From a virus (taxonomy: Duplodnaviria; Caudoviricetes), in the IMG/VR virus record IMGVR_UViG_3300030098_000047, positions 1 to 56,448 of that record: DNA of 56,448 bases. One strand, given 5' to 3'. The notes below the pieces were generated by a model that worked only from the letters and a program-made list of their open reading frames with translations, was not told the origin of the DNA and did no database searches. The first letter of the stretch is position 1; each line of letters starts with the position of its first letter. The translations under genes were made by a program, and so were the position numbers. Of this stretch, positions 46,950 to 54,944 are shown piece after piece.

Positions 46950-46990
46950 GTTATATAACACTTGAAATATATATGAAAGTGTTATATAAC
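46950..46990. repeat. Perfect 14-bp inverted repeat
   Basis: GTTATATAACACTT-N13-AAGTGTTATATAAC. Confidence 0.9.
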
Positions 46991-47020
46991 ATATGTAGAC
47001 ATTAACACTATAACTGAAAC

Positions 47021-47036
47021 AGTCCGATGTCGGACA
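47021..47036. repeat. 16-bp palindrome, copy 3
   Basis: AGTCCGATGTCGGACA (15/16). Confidence 0.93.
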
Positions 47037-47054
47037 CTTTAAACGGAGTTTATT

Positions 47055-47249
47055 ATGCAAGTTGAAAAAAATTCTAGAGACTTTGTGTTTGAATTAATAA
47101 GCAGAACATACGAGAGCCATGAGAGCATGTTAAAAATGTGCCTAAAGTATATGTCAACGGATGACGTAACAGATATGTTGGCATACAACGAATGTTTAGG
47201 TGGTTGGACTGAAGAATATTTAGAAGAATTTGGAATAAGGAATGTATAA
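47055..47249 (+). CDS. Early hypothetical protein
   Basis: CLKYMSTDDVTDML..NE motif; GGAG RBS. Confidence 0.75.
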   Translation: MQVEKNSRDFVFELISRTYESHESMLKMCLKYMSTDDVTDMLAYNECLGGWTEEYLEEFGIRNV

Positions 47250-47488
47250 TGATACATAAAATCGAACATGTAGATGATGGCTTTGTGAGAGTTTACAAAG
47301 CATCTGTTATCAATGGCAATATCAATTCGATGGTATTACCTACACGTCAAGGTGAACTTGAGTACTGGGAAGATAGTGGTACTTTAGTGCAAGATGCCTT
47401 TCCACACTTTACATCAGAGCAACGTGAGTTTCTCATATCTGGACTTACACCTGATGAATGGAATGAATTGTTTTCGGAGGAAGCATAA
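47249..47488 (+). CDS. Early hypothetical protein
   Basis: LVQDAFP..REFLISG.TP.EW motif. Confidence 0.8.
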   Translation: MIHKIEHVDDGFVRVYKASVINGNINSMVLPTRQGELEYWEDSGTLVQDAFPHFTSEQREFLISGLTPDEWNELFSEEA

Positions 47489-48072
47489 TGTCTGTAAGAC
47501 AAATATTAAAAGTTTATCGTTCAGCTACGGCTGATGAAATTGATTACGGCATGAAATGGTACGCCATTGCCAAGCGTGACAGCACTAAGGTAGCCAAGGA
47601 ATTTGGTATCAGTGTAAACACTGTTGTCGGTGTCGTTGCTGCACTATCCCCTTTGATGAATTGGAATGTCAATATCAAGTCTGCACGTATTCTAATTGAG
47701 TGCTTTGTCAATGGTGGTGCTATGGACGATGTAATCTTGTCTGGCTATCCACAGAACAAGCTAAAGGCTTGGGAAATGCTTGAACAAAAAATGGTTCGCA
47801 AGAAAACTATCATGGCTAAACTCAATGGTCAAAAGACTACAGCGTTCTTTGCTAATATTCTTGGCTCTGACGTTGTGACTGTAGACGGTCATGCCAAGAA
47901 CATACATGATGGACTACGTAGGGTTCTCAAGAACAACAACGTAGGTGTCAAGGAATACCGCATCATTGCTGATGCATACTACAAAGCTGCTGACAAGGTG
48001 GGTATTAAAGGTTATCAAATGCAAGCTATCACTTGGGTAGCATGGCGCAGACAACATAACATAGCGAGGTAA
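47488..48072 (+). CDS. Early protein, possible HhH-GPD/DNA glycosylase-like fold
   Basis: WY..VVAALSP..W..N, KTTAFFANI, VTVDGH and MQAITW motifs. Confidence 0.55.
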   Translation: MSVRQILKVYRSATADEIDYGMKWYAIAKRDSTKVAKEFGISVNTVVGVVAALSPLMNWNVNIKSARILIECFVNGGAMDDVILSGYPQNKLKAWEMLEQKMVRKKTIMAKLNGQKTTAFFANILGSDVVTVDGHAKNIHDGLRRVLKNNNVGVKEYRIIADAYYKAADKVGIKGYQMQAITWVAWRRQHNIAR

Positions 48073-48076
48073 AGTT

Positions 48077-48346
48077 ATGATGGACGATTTATTTAACAAC
48101 GTTAATGTATGGCACAAAGGTAGAAAAATATCTATTGCACAACATTATGATTGCCCTAGTTCTAGGCTCAATGGCGAAGCTGCCATGCAAGAGGTAGGCA
48201 TCGTACCTGATGACGGTGATTGGGGCAACATGACCATTGAAAAGTTTGGTTCAACCCTGACGCATTTAATACAAGTATTGGAAGGAATACGAGATGAAAT
48301 TGACCAAGAGGTACATAACAAATCCAGTGGCGAAAGCGTTGCTTGA
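48077..48346 (+). CDS. Early hypothetical protein
   Basis: ORF with GAGG RBS. Confidence 0.7.
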   Translation: MMDDLFNNVNVWHKGRKISIAQHYDCPSSRLNGEAAMQEVGIVPDDGDWGNMTIEKFGSTLTHLIQVLEGIRDEIDQEVHNKSSGESVA

Positions 48347-48449
48347 GCAGCGCAAAGCGCCACAGGTAGTGCCACCAAAGAAAGGCACAAAACGCAAGCC
48401 TAGCAAGAAGGAGAAGTACAATGCGTTACGAGATGCAAAACTTTATTAA
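48294..48449 (+). CDS. Small basic protein, ArfA-like
   Basis: Hand-translated MKLTKRYITNPVAKALLEQRKAPQVVPPKKGTKRKPSKKEKYNALRDAKLY; AAGGA RBS. Confidence 0.5.
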   Translation: MKLTKRYITNPVAKALLEQRKAPQVVPPKKGTKRKPSKKEKYNALRDAKLY

Positions 48450-48567
48450 GTTTAGCAAGTCGAAGAAAGTGTCCGACATCGGACAGAAACAAAAACGTGA
48501 TAAGCATAAGCTTGATCGTAAGCTTGCACGTAAACAAAAACAAGTAACACGTAAATTAGCAAACTGA
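48421..48567 (+). CDS. Small basic protein, 48 aa
   Basis: Hand-translated MRYEMQNFIKFSKSKKVSDIGQK...; AAGGAG RBS. Confidence 0.6.
   Translation: MRYEMQNFIKFSKSKKVSDIGQKQKRDKHKLDRKLARKQKQVTRKLAN
48470..48485. repeat. 16-bp palindrome, copy 4 (inverted spacer)
   Basis: TGTCCGACATCGGACA, the exact reverse complement of copy 1. Confidence 0.95.
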
Positions 48568-48580
48568 AAAGGAGAAAACT

Positions 48581-48811
48581 ATGTTTGTATTATTCGCTAC
48601 TAAATCCCTTAACGATGGCACAAAAGGCTTTCGTTTCAACTTTCTAGGACAGAAAGGATTGCTACGTAAACGTAGTAAAAAGTCTCGTGGCTTTTCACTA
48701 TTCAATCGTGACAAGTGTATGACCGCCCATCATGTAGGCAAATACAGTCTGTATGTTGAGCATAACTATAACCGAAACACAGAACGTAAGTTCTGGCATT
48801 TCGCTGGTTAA
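48581..48811 (+). CDS. Early hypothetical protein
   Basis: AAGGAG RBS; GFRFNFLG.KG motif. Confidence 0.75.
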   Translation: MFVLFATKSLNDGTKGFRFNFLGQKGLLRKRSKKSRGFSLFNRDKCMTAHHVGKYSLYVEHNYNRNTERKFWHFAG

Positions 48812-48907
48812 TGATGGTAATACGCCATAAGAGTAAGTACATTGTGTACAGTGATGATGGGCATGTGCTCGTCATCACACGATACAAGAACGTAGCTAGA
48901 CAAATTA

Positions 48908-49291
48908 TTGAGGATTATAAAAATGATAAAAGTAGAAGTATACTTCAACCTACATAAACGTGTATTTTCTATTCGTTCCTGTAGGACTGGACGTGTTATA
49001 CATCATGCAAAAGATGTGAATATTGTGAACCCAAAGTTTGTGGTTCGTGAAGGTGGCAGACAGCGTGTACTACGTGAGCGTAAGAAGAATGTTCATGCCT
49101 TTGTTCGTGGTAATCTCACTACCTTTAAAGATAGTCCAAGTCATCTTGCAGATACCATTGGATATAATCCATACAAGTATGACAGCTTTGTAAATGTCAC
49201 AGATGAAGTACCTGTGTACAAAGCATTTCGTGCATGGTTAAATGTGGATGATAATAATGTACCAACAATACAAGCAGAAGGAGTACAATAA
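48908..49291 (+). CDS. Phage hypothetical protein
   Basis: VYFNLHK..FS, RQRVLRERKKNVHAFVRG and YNPYK motifs. Confidence 0.8.
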   Translation: MRIIKMIKVEVYFNLHKRVFSIRSCRTGRVIHHAKDVNIVNPKFVVREGGRQRVLRERKKNVHAFVRGNLTTFKDSPSHLADTIGYNPYKYDSFVNVTDEVPVYKAFRAWLNVDDNNVPTIQAEGVQ

Positions 49292-49569
49292 TGACAGATA
49301 AAAAAGTAAAGACAGAGCTAACACGTGAAGAGGTAGTAGAACTACTAGGTCTGTATCACGTTATAGATGAGATAGTTACAGACTTTGGGGAGATGTTTGA
49401 CACTGATCTTGGTAAGGTGCGTAAGCTACAAGAGATGTCTTGGACACTAAAGAACCTATTTGACTTTAGACCAAGGACAGGTGATGATGGTTATCCAGAG
49501 CACTATCGTCCATACGTTATGCCTGACGATGACAGGGCGTGGTATCACATACCAGAGGAAGACCAATGA
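49291..49569 (+). CDS. Early hypothetical protein
   Basis: Coupled ORF with AAGGAG RBS. Confidence 0.7.
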   Translation: MTDKKVKTELTREEVVELLGLYHVIDEIVTDFGEMFDTDLGKVRKLQEMSWTLKNLFDFRPRTGDDGYPEHYRPYVMPDDDRAWYHIPEEDQ

Positions 49570-49805
49570 TAGTACGAGGCTATGAAATAGTTGTCGAGAT
49601 TGATGGTGTCAAAAGTCAGATCAATCTTGATGACTTGTACCCATCAATCAAGGACTGGCACACTGCCTCTGAGTTCGCAATGAACATGGCACGTCAAGCT
49701 AATCCTGACGCTGTGAACATCAGCTTTATTGAGTGTGGTGAGTACGAACTTGAAGGGTACGAACATATACCCTATATACATGAAGCACCATTTCAAGTGC
49801 AATGA
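49566..49805 (+). CDS. Early hypothetical protein (start inferred at ATG 49566)
   Basis: ATGA overlap; GAGGA RBS. Confidence 0.7.
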   Translation: MIVRGYEIVVEIDGVKSQINLDDLYPSIKDWHTASEFAMNMARQANPDAVNISFIECGEYELEGYEHIPYIHEAPFQVQ

Positions 49806-49817
49806 AAGGAGAAAGTT

Positions 49818-50180
49818 ATGGAAGCTAAAATAAAACTAACTAAGACCATGCTCGACAAGAGCATAATAGATGCCAACAAATCTGTGCGAGAGTTCCTAAT
49901 CTACGCAACACTAGGTTCATATGATGAGTTGGATGCAGGTGATAAGGTGTCAGTGCCTTCAGTATATGAGGACAATACCCCTACGACTGTCACATTTTAC
50001 AAAGCCAAAGGCAGAGGTGACAAACGTATTAGCATCAAGAACTTGCGTAAGTTTGCGGAAGAGGGAGACACTGTGAAGCTACGTAATGAGGTTGTGTTAC
50101 TTGGAAATATGACCTATGACATACGTGTAGTAGTGTATAAAGATGATGATGACCAACAAGGAGAAACCGTTGCCGCCTGA
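49818..50180 (+). CDS. Early hypothetical protein
   Basis: IKLTKTMLDKSIIDAN..RGDKRISI; ends in VAA. Confidence 0.75.
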   Translation: MEAKIKLTKTMLDKSIIDANKSVREFLIYATLGSYDELDAGDKVSVPSVYEDNTPTTVTFYKAKGRGDKRISIKNLRKFAEEGDTVKLRNEVVLLGNMTYDIRVVVYKDDDDQQGETVAA

Positions 50181-50230
50181 TGATCCACATGATGACTGGG
50201 GCAACCACCCAATACCAAAGGAGAAACCAA

Positions 50231-50401
50231 ATGCCTAAGTTTAAAGTTAATTACATTGAGTGCGGAGAGCCAACATCATTTATGCTTGAAGCAACAAATG
50301 AGTCCGATGCCTTTGATGAGATGTTTGATATGTCAAGTCAAGGTGAGCTTGGTGTAACCGAAGAGTCAGACCCTTGGATAGAGGAGATAGAAGATGAATA
50401 G
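50231..50401 (+). CDS. Small acidic protein (start inferred at MPKFKV)
   Basis: AAGGAG RBS at ~50217; very acidic. Confidence 0.6.
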   Translation: MPKFKVNYIECGEPTSFMLEATNESDAFDEMFDMSSQGELGVTEESDPWIEEIEDE

Positions 50402-50534
50402 ATACTATGTAGAGTTTAATCTTGAAGAAGCTTTATACTTATATGTAATGGCATATAGTGAACAGCATGTAAAAGATATGTTCCCAGATTACGATATAGT
50501 CGCAATAGATCAAGCAGATTAAGGAGACGCTAAC

Positions 50535-51044
50535 ATGAATAGATTTCTAATAAGCTATACACCCGAATGGATTGCATGGGAACTGTGTGACAAACACATA
50601 GTCAAGATGCCATTGGAAGAGGCACAGATGTTGTGTACTGCTGTATGGCAACATGCACCTGAGTATGCAGAGAAACATGACCTATACAAACCAGTGCATC
50701 AGAAGCACCCATGTACAATATGGGCAGCTAAAACTCGTGCCAACTATAACTATGCCCTTTCCTTGTTTGACTACATGCAAGCTGAGTACAGGTACAGGTA
50801 TGGCAAGACTGGTGCATGGAACAGGCATTACTTTGCCTTGCAAGATGCAGCACAGTACATACCTGAAGGTGACATAACACCACACCCTGAGTGTTTCAGT
50901 GAGCATACTGACCTCAAGAGTGGTGAGAACTGGCCTATTGATAGCTACCGTAAGTTCTACATGACCAAGCAGCGTAGGTTCAGTATGAAGTGGACTAACC
51001 GTCCAGTACCATCATGGTTTCGTTTTGAAAAGGAGGCAGCGTAA
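50535..51044 (+). CDS. Pyrimidine-dimer DNA glycosylase (DenV-family)-like protein
   Basis: CDKHIVKMPLEEAQMLCT, YKPVHQKHPCTIW, EYRYRYGK, YRKFY and PSWF motifs. Confidence 0.75.
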   Translation: MNRFLISYTPEWIAWELCDKHIVKMPLEEAQMLCTAVWQHAPEYAEKHDLYKPVHQKHPCTIWAAKTRANYNYALSLFDYMQAEYRYRYGKTGAWNRHYFALQDAAQYIPEGDITPHPECFSEHTDLKSGENWPIDSYRKFYMTKQRRFSMKWTNRPVPSWFRFEKEAA

Positions 51045-51271
51045 TGACAAATGTACGTATGACATGGGGCAAGTTGTTTGCCAAAGTATCTGGTCATTTT
51101 CTTATACAAGAACTACCAGACAGTTGGGAAGAGTTTGACTCAGGTGAATTAGAAGAATGGTTTGTTGAGTGCGCTTGGGAACCATTTGAGAACTATGACT
51201 GGGAAGAAGTATACTTCATGGTCAGAAATTTAACAGATGAAATATGGAAAATATATGGAGATGACAAATGA
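51044..51271 (+). CDS. Small acidic Trp-rich protein
   Basis: AWEPFE motif; coupled ORF. Confidence 0.7.
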   Translation: MTNVRMTWGKLFAKVSGHFLIQELPDSWEEFDSGELEEWFVECAWEPFENYDWEEVYFMVRNLTDEIWKIYGDDK

Positions 51272-51441
51272 TGTATGTATTAATATGGATGCAGTTGTTC
51301 AGTACACAGACAGTAGAGCACTACCAGTTAGGTAGCTACGCCACACTGGAAGAGTGCCAGATTGAACTGAGCAAAGCAGCTAAGATGATAACACACAAGT
51401 CAGAGACAGTGGCTTGTCTAGAGGTAGAGGTGCAACAGTGA
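51268..51441 (+). CDS. Small protein (MMYVLIWMQLF...LEEC...C)
   Basis: Hand-translated; coupled at both ends. Confidence 0.55.
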   Translation: MMYVLIWMQLFSTQTVEHYQLGSYATLEECQIELSKAAKMITHKSETVACLEVEVQQ

Positions 51442-51755
51442 TACTGTATAGGTCTAGCAAAGGTCAGTGGGTAGGTACTCAGCGTGACGCTCAGAGATAT
51501 TTCCCTAGAGATTGGGAGCAAGTTGAAGTGCCTGTGTCTAAGGTGCAGCTTATAGAGTTCTTGAACGTCCACAAGGTAGGTGCTACACAGGTTGAACAAC
51601 AACAGCCTGTGATGACTGCTTTGTTAGATAACATCGATCCAGAGGCTTACAGTTGGGTGTCATGGGCATATGAAACCCTATCAAGGGGAGACAAAGCAGA
51701 GGCACTCAAGATGCTTGAGAGAGGTCTGAGCAAACAGAAGGAGATACAGCGATGA
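51414..51755 (+). CDS. Hypothetical protein (start may be GTG 51438)
   Basis: GQWVGTQRDA..VEVP..K..LIEFLN motif. Confidence 0.7.
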   Translation: MSRGRGATVILYRSSKGQWVGTQRDAQRYFPRDWEQVEVPVSKVQLIEFLNVHKVGATQVEQQQPVMTALLDNIDPEAYSWVSWAYETLSRGDKAEALKMLERGLSKQKEIQR

Positions 51756-52144
51756 TTGCTGAGATGCTTACATGTATAGCACTCAACGTGTACTATGAGG
51801 CACGTAGTGAGCCATTGGAAGGACAGTATGCGGTAGCTCATGTCGTGCTCAATCGTGTTGCAAATGACAGGTTTCCTGATGACGCATGTTCTGTGGTGTA
51901 TCAGGGTCTAGAAAAAGGTATAGGTAGATGCCAGTTTAGTTGGTACTGTGACGGTAAGTCAGACAGACCGACAGAAAGAAGAGCATGGTTAAACTCTCAG
52001 CTTGTAGCACACAAGGTGGTGCATGGGTATGTCAAGGACAATACCGATGGGTCTATCTACTACCACGCAAATTATGTTCGCCCCTTCTGGAGCAAGCACT
52101 ACGACCACACTGTGACTTTAGGGTCACACATATTTTACAAATAG
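51752..52144 (+). CDS. SleB-like cell wall hydrolase (Hydrolase_2)
   Basis: CIALNVYYEARSE..GQ.AVA.VVLNRV, CQFSWYCDG, YYHA.YV.P.W and GSHIFY. Confidence 0.92.
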   Translation: MIAEMLTCIALNVYYEARSEPLEGQYAVAHVVLNRVANDRFPDDACSVVYQGLEKGIGRCQFSWYCDGKSDRPTERRAWLNSQLVAHKVVHGYVKDNTDGSIYYHANYVRPFWSKHYDHTVTLGSHIFYK

Positions 52145-52209
52145 CTTATCGTTACTAGTATAGGGAAACGGTATGTGATACAACTAATTATCAGTTGCCA
52201 ATATAACAA

Positions 52210-53058
52210 ATGAAAAGGAGAATTTATATGAACTTTGAAGTACCAACACACTTAGACTTTGATGTAGCCTTTGAACCAACAAAGATGCACGACAAGAAAT
52301 ACGTTATAAATCAAGAAACTGGCGATTACCTTGGTATCGTGGGTGAAGGATTCAAGTGTGCATCACACGGTGATTTCTATCGTAATATGTATGACACAAT
52401 TACAGAGGAGTTAACAGATGGTGACGCTGAAAGTGCCAATTACAGGTGGTCAACTGCACGTAATGGTGCATGGTCAATGCTTGACATCACTTTCCCTGAC
52501 ATGCAAGTACCCATCGTGACTGAGAAGATGGATAGTAGTATAGGCAATCGTATCATTGCTTTGCATGGTGTCGATGGATCATGCAGTAACCAAGTATACT
52601 TTGGTGCTATTGATTTCTACTGCACGAATGGTATGATAACTGGTGACTACGACAAGGTACGTAGAAAGAATACCTCTGGGTTCTCATTACATAGCTTCAT
52701 AGGTGAGCTACAACGAGCACGTACTGACTTCTATACAGAAGCAGCTAAGATGCAAGTGTGGGCTGAGACTTCCACAAAGTACGTTGACGTTAAGTCATTG
52801 CTTGACGAGATGATCAAGTCTGATCGCAAGGCAGAGAAGATGTACCAATTGTATCTACATGAGGCATCACAACGTGGTCACAACAAGTGGGCATTGTACT
52901 CAGCGTTTACTAATTACGCTTCCTATGCCGATGAACGTAATGGTTTCAACCTACGTAACACTGGCAATGACACACAGGCTATCAGCATGTGGTCACGTGA
53001 GCAAGAGGTATCCAAGTGGATATCAGATAAGAAGTTCATACAGTTGGAAGCTGCTTAA
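52210..53058 (+). CDS. DUF932/DUF945-like protein
   Basis: YLGIVG..F, HGVDGS, FYCTNGMI and NKWALYSAFTNY motifs. Confidence 0.75.
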   Translation: MKRRIYMNFEVPTHLDFDVAFEPTKMHDKKYVINQETGDYLGIVGEGFKCASHGDFYRNMYDTITEELTDGDAESANYRWSTARNGAWSMLDITFPDMQVPIVTEKMDSSIGNRIIALHGVDGSCSNQVYFGAIDFYCTNGMITGDYDKVRRKNTSGFSLHSFIGELQRARTDFYTEAAKMQVWAETSTKYVDVKSLLDEMIKSDRKAEKMYQLYLHEASQRGHNKWALYSAFTNYASYADERNGFNLRNTGNDTQAISMWSREQEVSKWISDKKFIQLEAA

Positions 53059-54146
53059 TGGTAGCACTGCCTAGATTTGTACAGAAACGAGTGTCACTTT
53101 CGGGTGACACATCGTATCGCTTCAACCCACCACAGAAACTTGTCAACGCAGGTGTTGTGTCACGTGAAGAATTAGGTAATGATCTACGTGTAAGTAAACA
53201 GCTTGCAAAGGAGTTAAACAAACAGATAGACGATTGGAGAGAGGAACAGGCAAAGGTAGTGAACATCAAGCCAAGTGGCAAGGTTACTGACCTGATAAAC
53301 TTTTACTATTCTTCTAATGATTTCAATATGTTACGTGAGTCCACAAAGATCGACTACCGATATTTCCTCACCATATTACATCAGACAATGGGGTGTAGGA
53401 AATACAAGGATGTCACACCTAAGATTGCCAAGGCAGCGTATGAGGAATGGGTGTCACGTGGTGTCAGCTTTGCTAACCATACGGCTACCTGTGCCAGTAG
53501 GGTGTACAACTATGCCATACAGATGGAACACGCAGAACAGAACCCATTTACCAAGATCAAACGCAAGAGAAATCAGCAGCGTAAGGTTGTCTGGACACAT
53601 GGTGAAGTCAACAAGTTTCTTGACGTGGCGTACAGTGACTTTGAGTATCGCAACTTAGGGTTGATTGTACACATGGCATACGAGTGGTGTCAGAGGCTTG
53701 GAGACATGCGTAATCTTACATGGGATTGCCTTGACCTCAAGAACCAACAGCTATCTCTGGAGCAAAGCAAGCGTAGAGCACAGGTGTTTCTGCCTATCAG
53801 TGACAACCTCAACGCCATGCTGTTAGAGCAGAAAGCTGACTTTGGTTTTCAACAGTGGGTAGCACCACATCCAAAGCCAAGGTCAGGTAAGTTTGAGCCG
53901 TATGCTATGGAGAGACTGTCCAAGGTTGGACGTAAGGTAATGAGACTGGCTAAACTGTCAGAGGAACTACGCCTTATGGACATACGTAGGACTGGTGTAA
54001 CAGAGATGGTAGACAAGGGTGTGCCTTTGCCACAGATTATGGCGGTGACTGGGCATACACATGTGTCTTCTGTGAAACCATATATGAAACATACATACGA
54101 AAGTGCAAACAACGCCTTGACACAACGTGATACATATATTAAGTGA
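53058..54146 (+). CDS. int: Tyrosine recombinase/integrase
   Basis: CQRLGD (R), QSKR (K), MDIRRT, VTGH and KPY catalytic pattern. Confidence 0.9.
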   Translation: MVALPRFVQKRVSLSGDTSYRFNPPQKLVNAGVVSREELGNDLRVSKQLAKELNKQIDDWREEQAKVVNIKPSGKVTDLINFYYSSNDFNMLRESTKIDYRYFLTILHQTMGCRKYKDVTPKIAKAAYEEWVSRGVSFANHTATCASRVYNYAIQMEHAEQNPFTKIKRKRNQQRKVVWTHGEVNKFLDVAYSDFEYRNLGLIVHMAYEWCQRLGDMRNLTWDCLDLKNQQLSLEQSKRRAQVFLPISDNLNAMLLEQKADFGFQQWVAPHPKPRSGKFEPYAMERLSKVGRKVMRLAKLSEELRLMDIRRTGVTEMVDKGVPLPQIMAVTGHTHVSSVKPYMKHTYESANNALTQRDTYIK

Positions 54147-54152
54147 GGTATT

Positions 54153-54944
54153 ATGAATATAAAACAATATATAAGTGATTTAGATATTAGTAATGGTGAT
54201 ACTAAACGTACTAACTGCCCTGTTTGTGGTGGAGTTAAGACGTTCACCGCTACTAATAACATGGGTCAACTTATGTGGAATTGTTACAAGGCAGGTTGTA
54301 GTGTGTCTGGTGGGTCACGTGTGCATCTAACTACAGATGACATACGTAACTCACTGGGTAGCATTGCACAAGAAACAGAAGCATTACCCTTTCAGAAACC
54401 TGAGTGGATAGTCAAGAGCTACATTCAAATCAAAGATTTCTGCTACAAGTGGAGATTGTGGTCTGTGGAACAAGACTTGTTGTATGATGTAAAAGAAGAT
54501 CGTGTCGTATTTCCTGTAGTTCATAACAACATCATGGTGGACGCTACAGGTAGAGCACTAGGAAAAAAGTTACCTAAGTGGAAAAGATATGGAAAAAATC
54601 CCTTGCCTTATGTGCATGGATGTGGTAAAACGGCAGTAGTCGTTGAGGACTGTGTGAGTGCAGCTATTGTAGGTGCGACAGACGGTTCTGGATGCTCGGA
54701 GAGTGGCGTATATGTCGGGGTAGCAGTGTTGGGTACGTCACTCTCTGAGGTACATAAGAGGTACTTATCACAGTTCGATACGATTATCATTGCACTTGAC
54801 CCCGATGCACTACCAAAGACGCTGCAATTTGCAAAAGAGTTACGTGGGTATGCCAACAAGGTAAAAGTATTACGCTTGACGGATGACCTAAAATATCGTA
54901 ATCCTACCGACATAAAAAACTTAAACACACTAGGAGAAACATAA
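54153..54944 (+). CDS. DNA primase (Zn finger plus TOPRIM)
   Basis: CPVCGG..WNCYKAGC; VVEDCVSA; ALDPDA. Confidence 0.9.
   Translation: MNIKQYISDLDISNGDTKRTNCPVCGGVKTFTATNNMGQLMWNCYKAGCSVSGGSRVHLTTDDIRNSLGSIAQETEALPFQKPEWIVKSYIQIKDFCYKWRLWSVEQDLLYDVKEDRVVFPVVHNNIMVDATGRALGKKLPKWKRYGKNPLPYVHGCGKTAVVVEDCVSAAIVGATDGSGCSESGVYVGVAVLGTSLSEVHKRYLSQFDTIIIALDPDALPKTLQFAKELRGYANKVKVLRLTDDLKYRNPTDIKNLNTLGET

Noticed and set aside
45626-48485. Palindromic repeats as a CRISPR array
   Set aside because: Only 16 bp long, ~700-1450 bp apart, with whole genes between them. The Cas4-like gene is an ordinary phage exonuclease.
50299-50312. Partial match GAGTCCGATGCC to the 16-bp palindrome
   Set aside because: Only one half-site, inside a CDS; compatible with chance.
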